Below are positions 62,433 to 64,000 of a DNA stretch of 64,000 nt, in pieces. The translations under genes and the position numbers were made by a program. Below the pieces are notes generated by a model that saw only the letters and a list, made by a program, of their open reading frames with translations, ran no database searches and had not been told where the DNA came from. Origin of the DNA: Lama glama (Eukaryota). The DNA lies in contig CM052817.1 in NCBI GenBank assembly GCA_028534125.1, positions 95,048,001 to 95,112,000 of the forward strand, read 5' to 3'. Within the stretch, counting starts at the first letter, position 1; each line of letters starts with the position of its first letter.

Positions 62433-64000
62433 TGTCTTGTATGGGAATGCCAAGACTGCTCAAAAAAATCTATAGTCTAAGTTTGAGGTCAAACAAAAAA
62501 CAAGAGATACAAAAATGTTGCTCTCTTAAAAATACATGATATTCTACCATGTATTTTAGTTTCAAAAGGAAACGTACCCCAAACGCATAGTTACTTCAGC
62601 TCCATTTCAGAAATTAGTAACGAATATAATTACAAATAATTTTTTAATTGCTTATGTTAGAGAGAGATAAAAGACAGCAATATTTCTAGCCTAAAAATTC
62701 TGTGTACCATACCAAAACATTCTACACTCATTTCAAAGATACCCTGAAGTTAGTTATAAAAACTAACTTAAAAAATATTTTCTTTTAAATTAGCTAAATT
62801 CAATAAAAACTATTTTTTTCCAAAGGCTCAATAAATTAAACACTCTGTCTTACCAAACCAATTTATGTTTGTAGATACTTCCTAAATCATTCTACTTTAT
62901 ATCAAATTGTTTAAAATAGGCCCCTCAAAAGAAAGTAAATGTAAGTAGATTTTAGGAACGATGGATAGAGTCAGAGCCTTTGTCTGCATCTCCTTACTCT
63001 ACCACACACATTAATGGAACCCAAATTATAATAGTAAATGTTATTTTAACAGAAGAGCTGACTTATTAACCACTTCTGTCAAAGTACCATATACGGACTC
63101 CCATTGCCATGCGACTGATTTAAGACACAAGGGGGAGAGCCAAAATGCTCACCCACATGGAAGAAAAGGAAAATATCATTACAGCTCTCCTAACATCAAA
63201 GACTTGTTTCAAGCCCCCTCTTAAAAAAAAAAAATAACAACTTGGTAACAGCTTTATTATCTGAAGACAAAAACAAGGCTTAAAATTCACTTAAGAGCTC
63301 AATATTGTGTTCCATCAATATTTTACCCCTTTGTGGCTACATATTTTGGAAGCAAAATGCTAACAATGAACCAAAGGACAGCTTTCACAAATGCTACAAA
63401 TATCTGCTTAACCTTAAGTTAACAAGTTGTTTTTCATGAACTGCACAGAAATAATTTTGAGAGCTGTCACTGTATGTCCAACAAATGACTTCATATTTAA
63501 GAACAAAAGTATCTACAATAGTTTTTTAAGAAAAGAAATAACTAGATAGCAAATTGAAAAGGACTTTAAGTTTTTTTGGATTTTAGCTAGAGATGCTTTC
63601 TAAAATGTTAAAATGGGCACAATTAATAATATAGTATTCTTTGGTTTCTCACGCTAAGTGACAAAAAAATTTCCTTCACACATATTTTCCCTTCTGAGAG
63701 CAAAGGAAATGAACAATATTAAACCAGAACATGTTAAATATGAAGGATTTAAACATTTAAAAAGCAACCATATCTTTATTTGAAATCATCTCCTAAATAA
63801 CTTTCTGGACAACATGAGCATGATTTCCTGCATAAAAGCAACAAAACTGAGATGAAGTATTCTGAAAAGATAATGATACAAAGACTCTGAAATGCTAAAT
63901 TCTCACTTCCATACAGAAAGTTTCCTGTGCAGAAGCAACAAATCATAAACATCTTGTAAAATGTTCTTAGGTTGTTGGTTTCCCATTTGTGTAGGATAGA

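Larger units (their letters stand above)
26497..64000 (-). other. ANAPC10: Last intron of ANAPC10 (at least 37.5 kb, runs off the window)
   Basis: It lies upstream of the terminal exon's acceptor, and I found no other APC10-coding exon by reading. A short exon could have been missed by eye. Confidence 0.75.

Noticed and set aside
1..64000. The many 60-130 aa ORFs in the track as novel genes
   Set aside because: Apart from the ANAPC10 exon they are repeat remnants, microsatellite read-throughs or random-length ORFs with no recognisable domain or exon structure.

Overview
This is AT-rich mammalian genomic DNA. It is probably camelid (alpaca/camel), inferred from two tRNA-derived SINEs and young L1 3' ends that I recognise from memory. 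The only protein-coding sequence I can support is the terminal coding exon of ANAPC10 (APC10/DOC1) on the minus strand, 26266-26496, ending in the IR tail and followed by clustered poly(A) signals. Positions above 26496 are its long last intron; I did not find the preceding exon. Positions below about 26050 are downstream intergenic DNA, which by human synteny lies towards HHIP (inference). The rest is layered transposon debris (L1, HAL1, L2, MIR, MaLR/ERVL LTRs, hAT MERs), microsatellites and one 100-N gap. I see no evidence of a new multi-gene system. The best leads are a MEIS/HOX motif cluster at ~7.4-7.8 kb, a sense-oriented young L1 with a poly(A) signal in the last ANAPC10 intron, two minimal TSD-flanked retro-insertions that became microsatellites, and discordant L1 copies across the gap. 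Repeat subfamily names and most repeat boundaries are by-eye and approximate.
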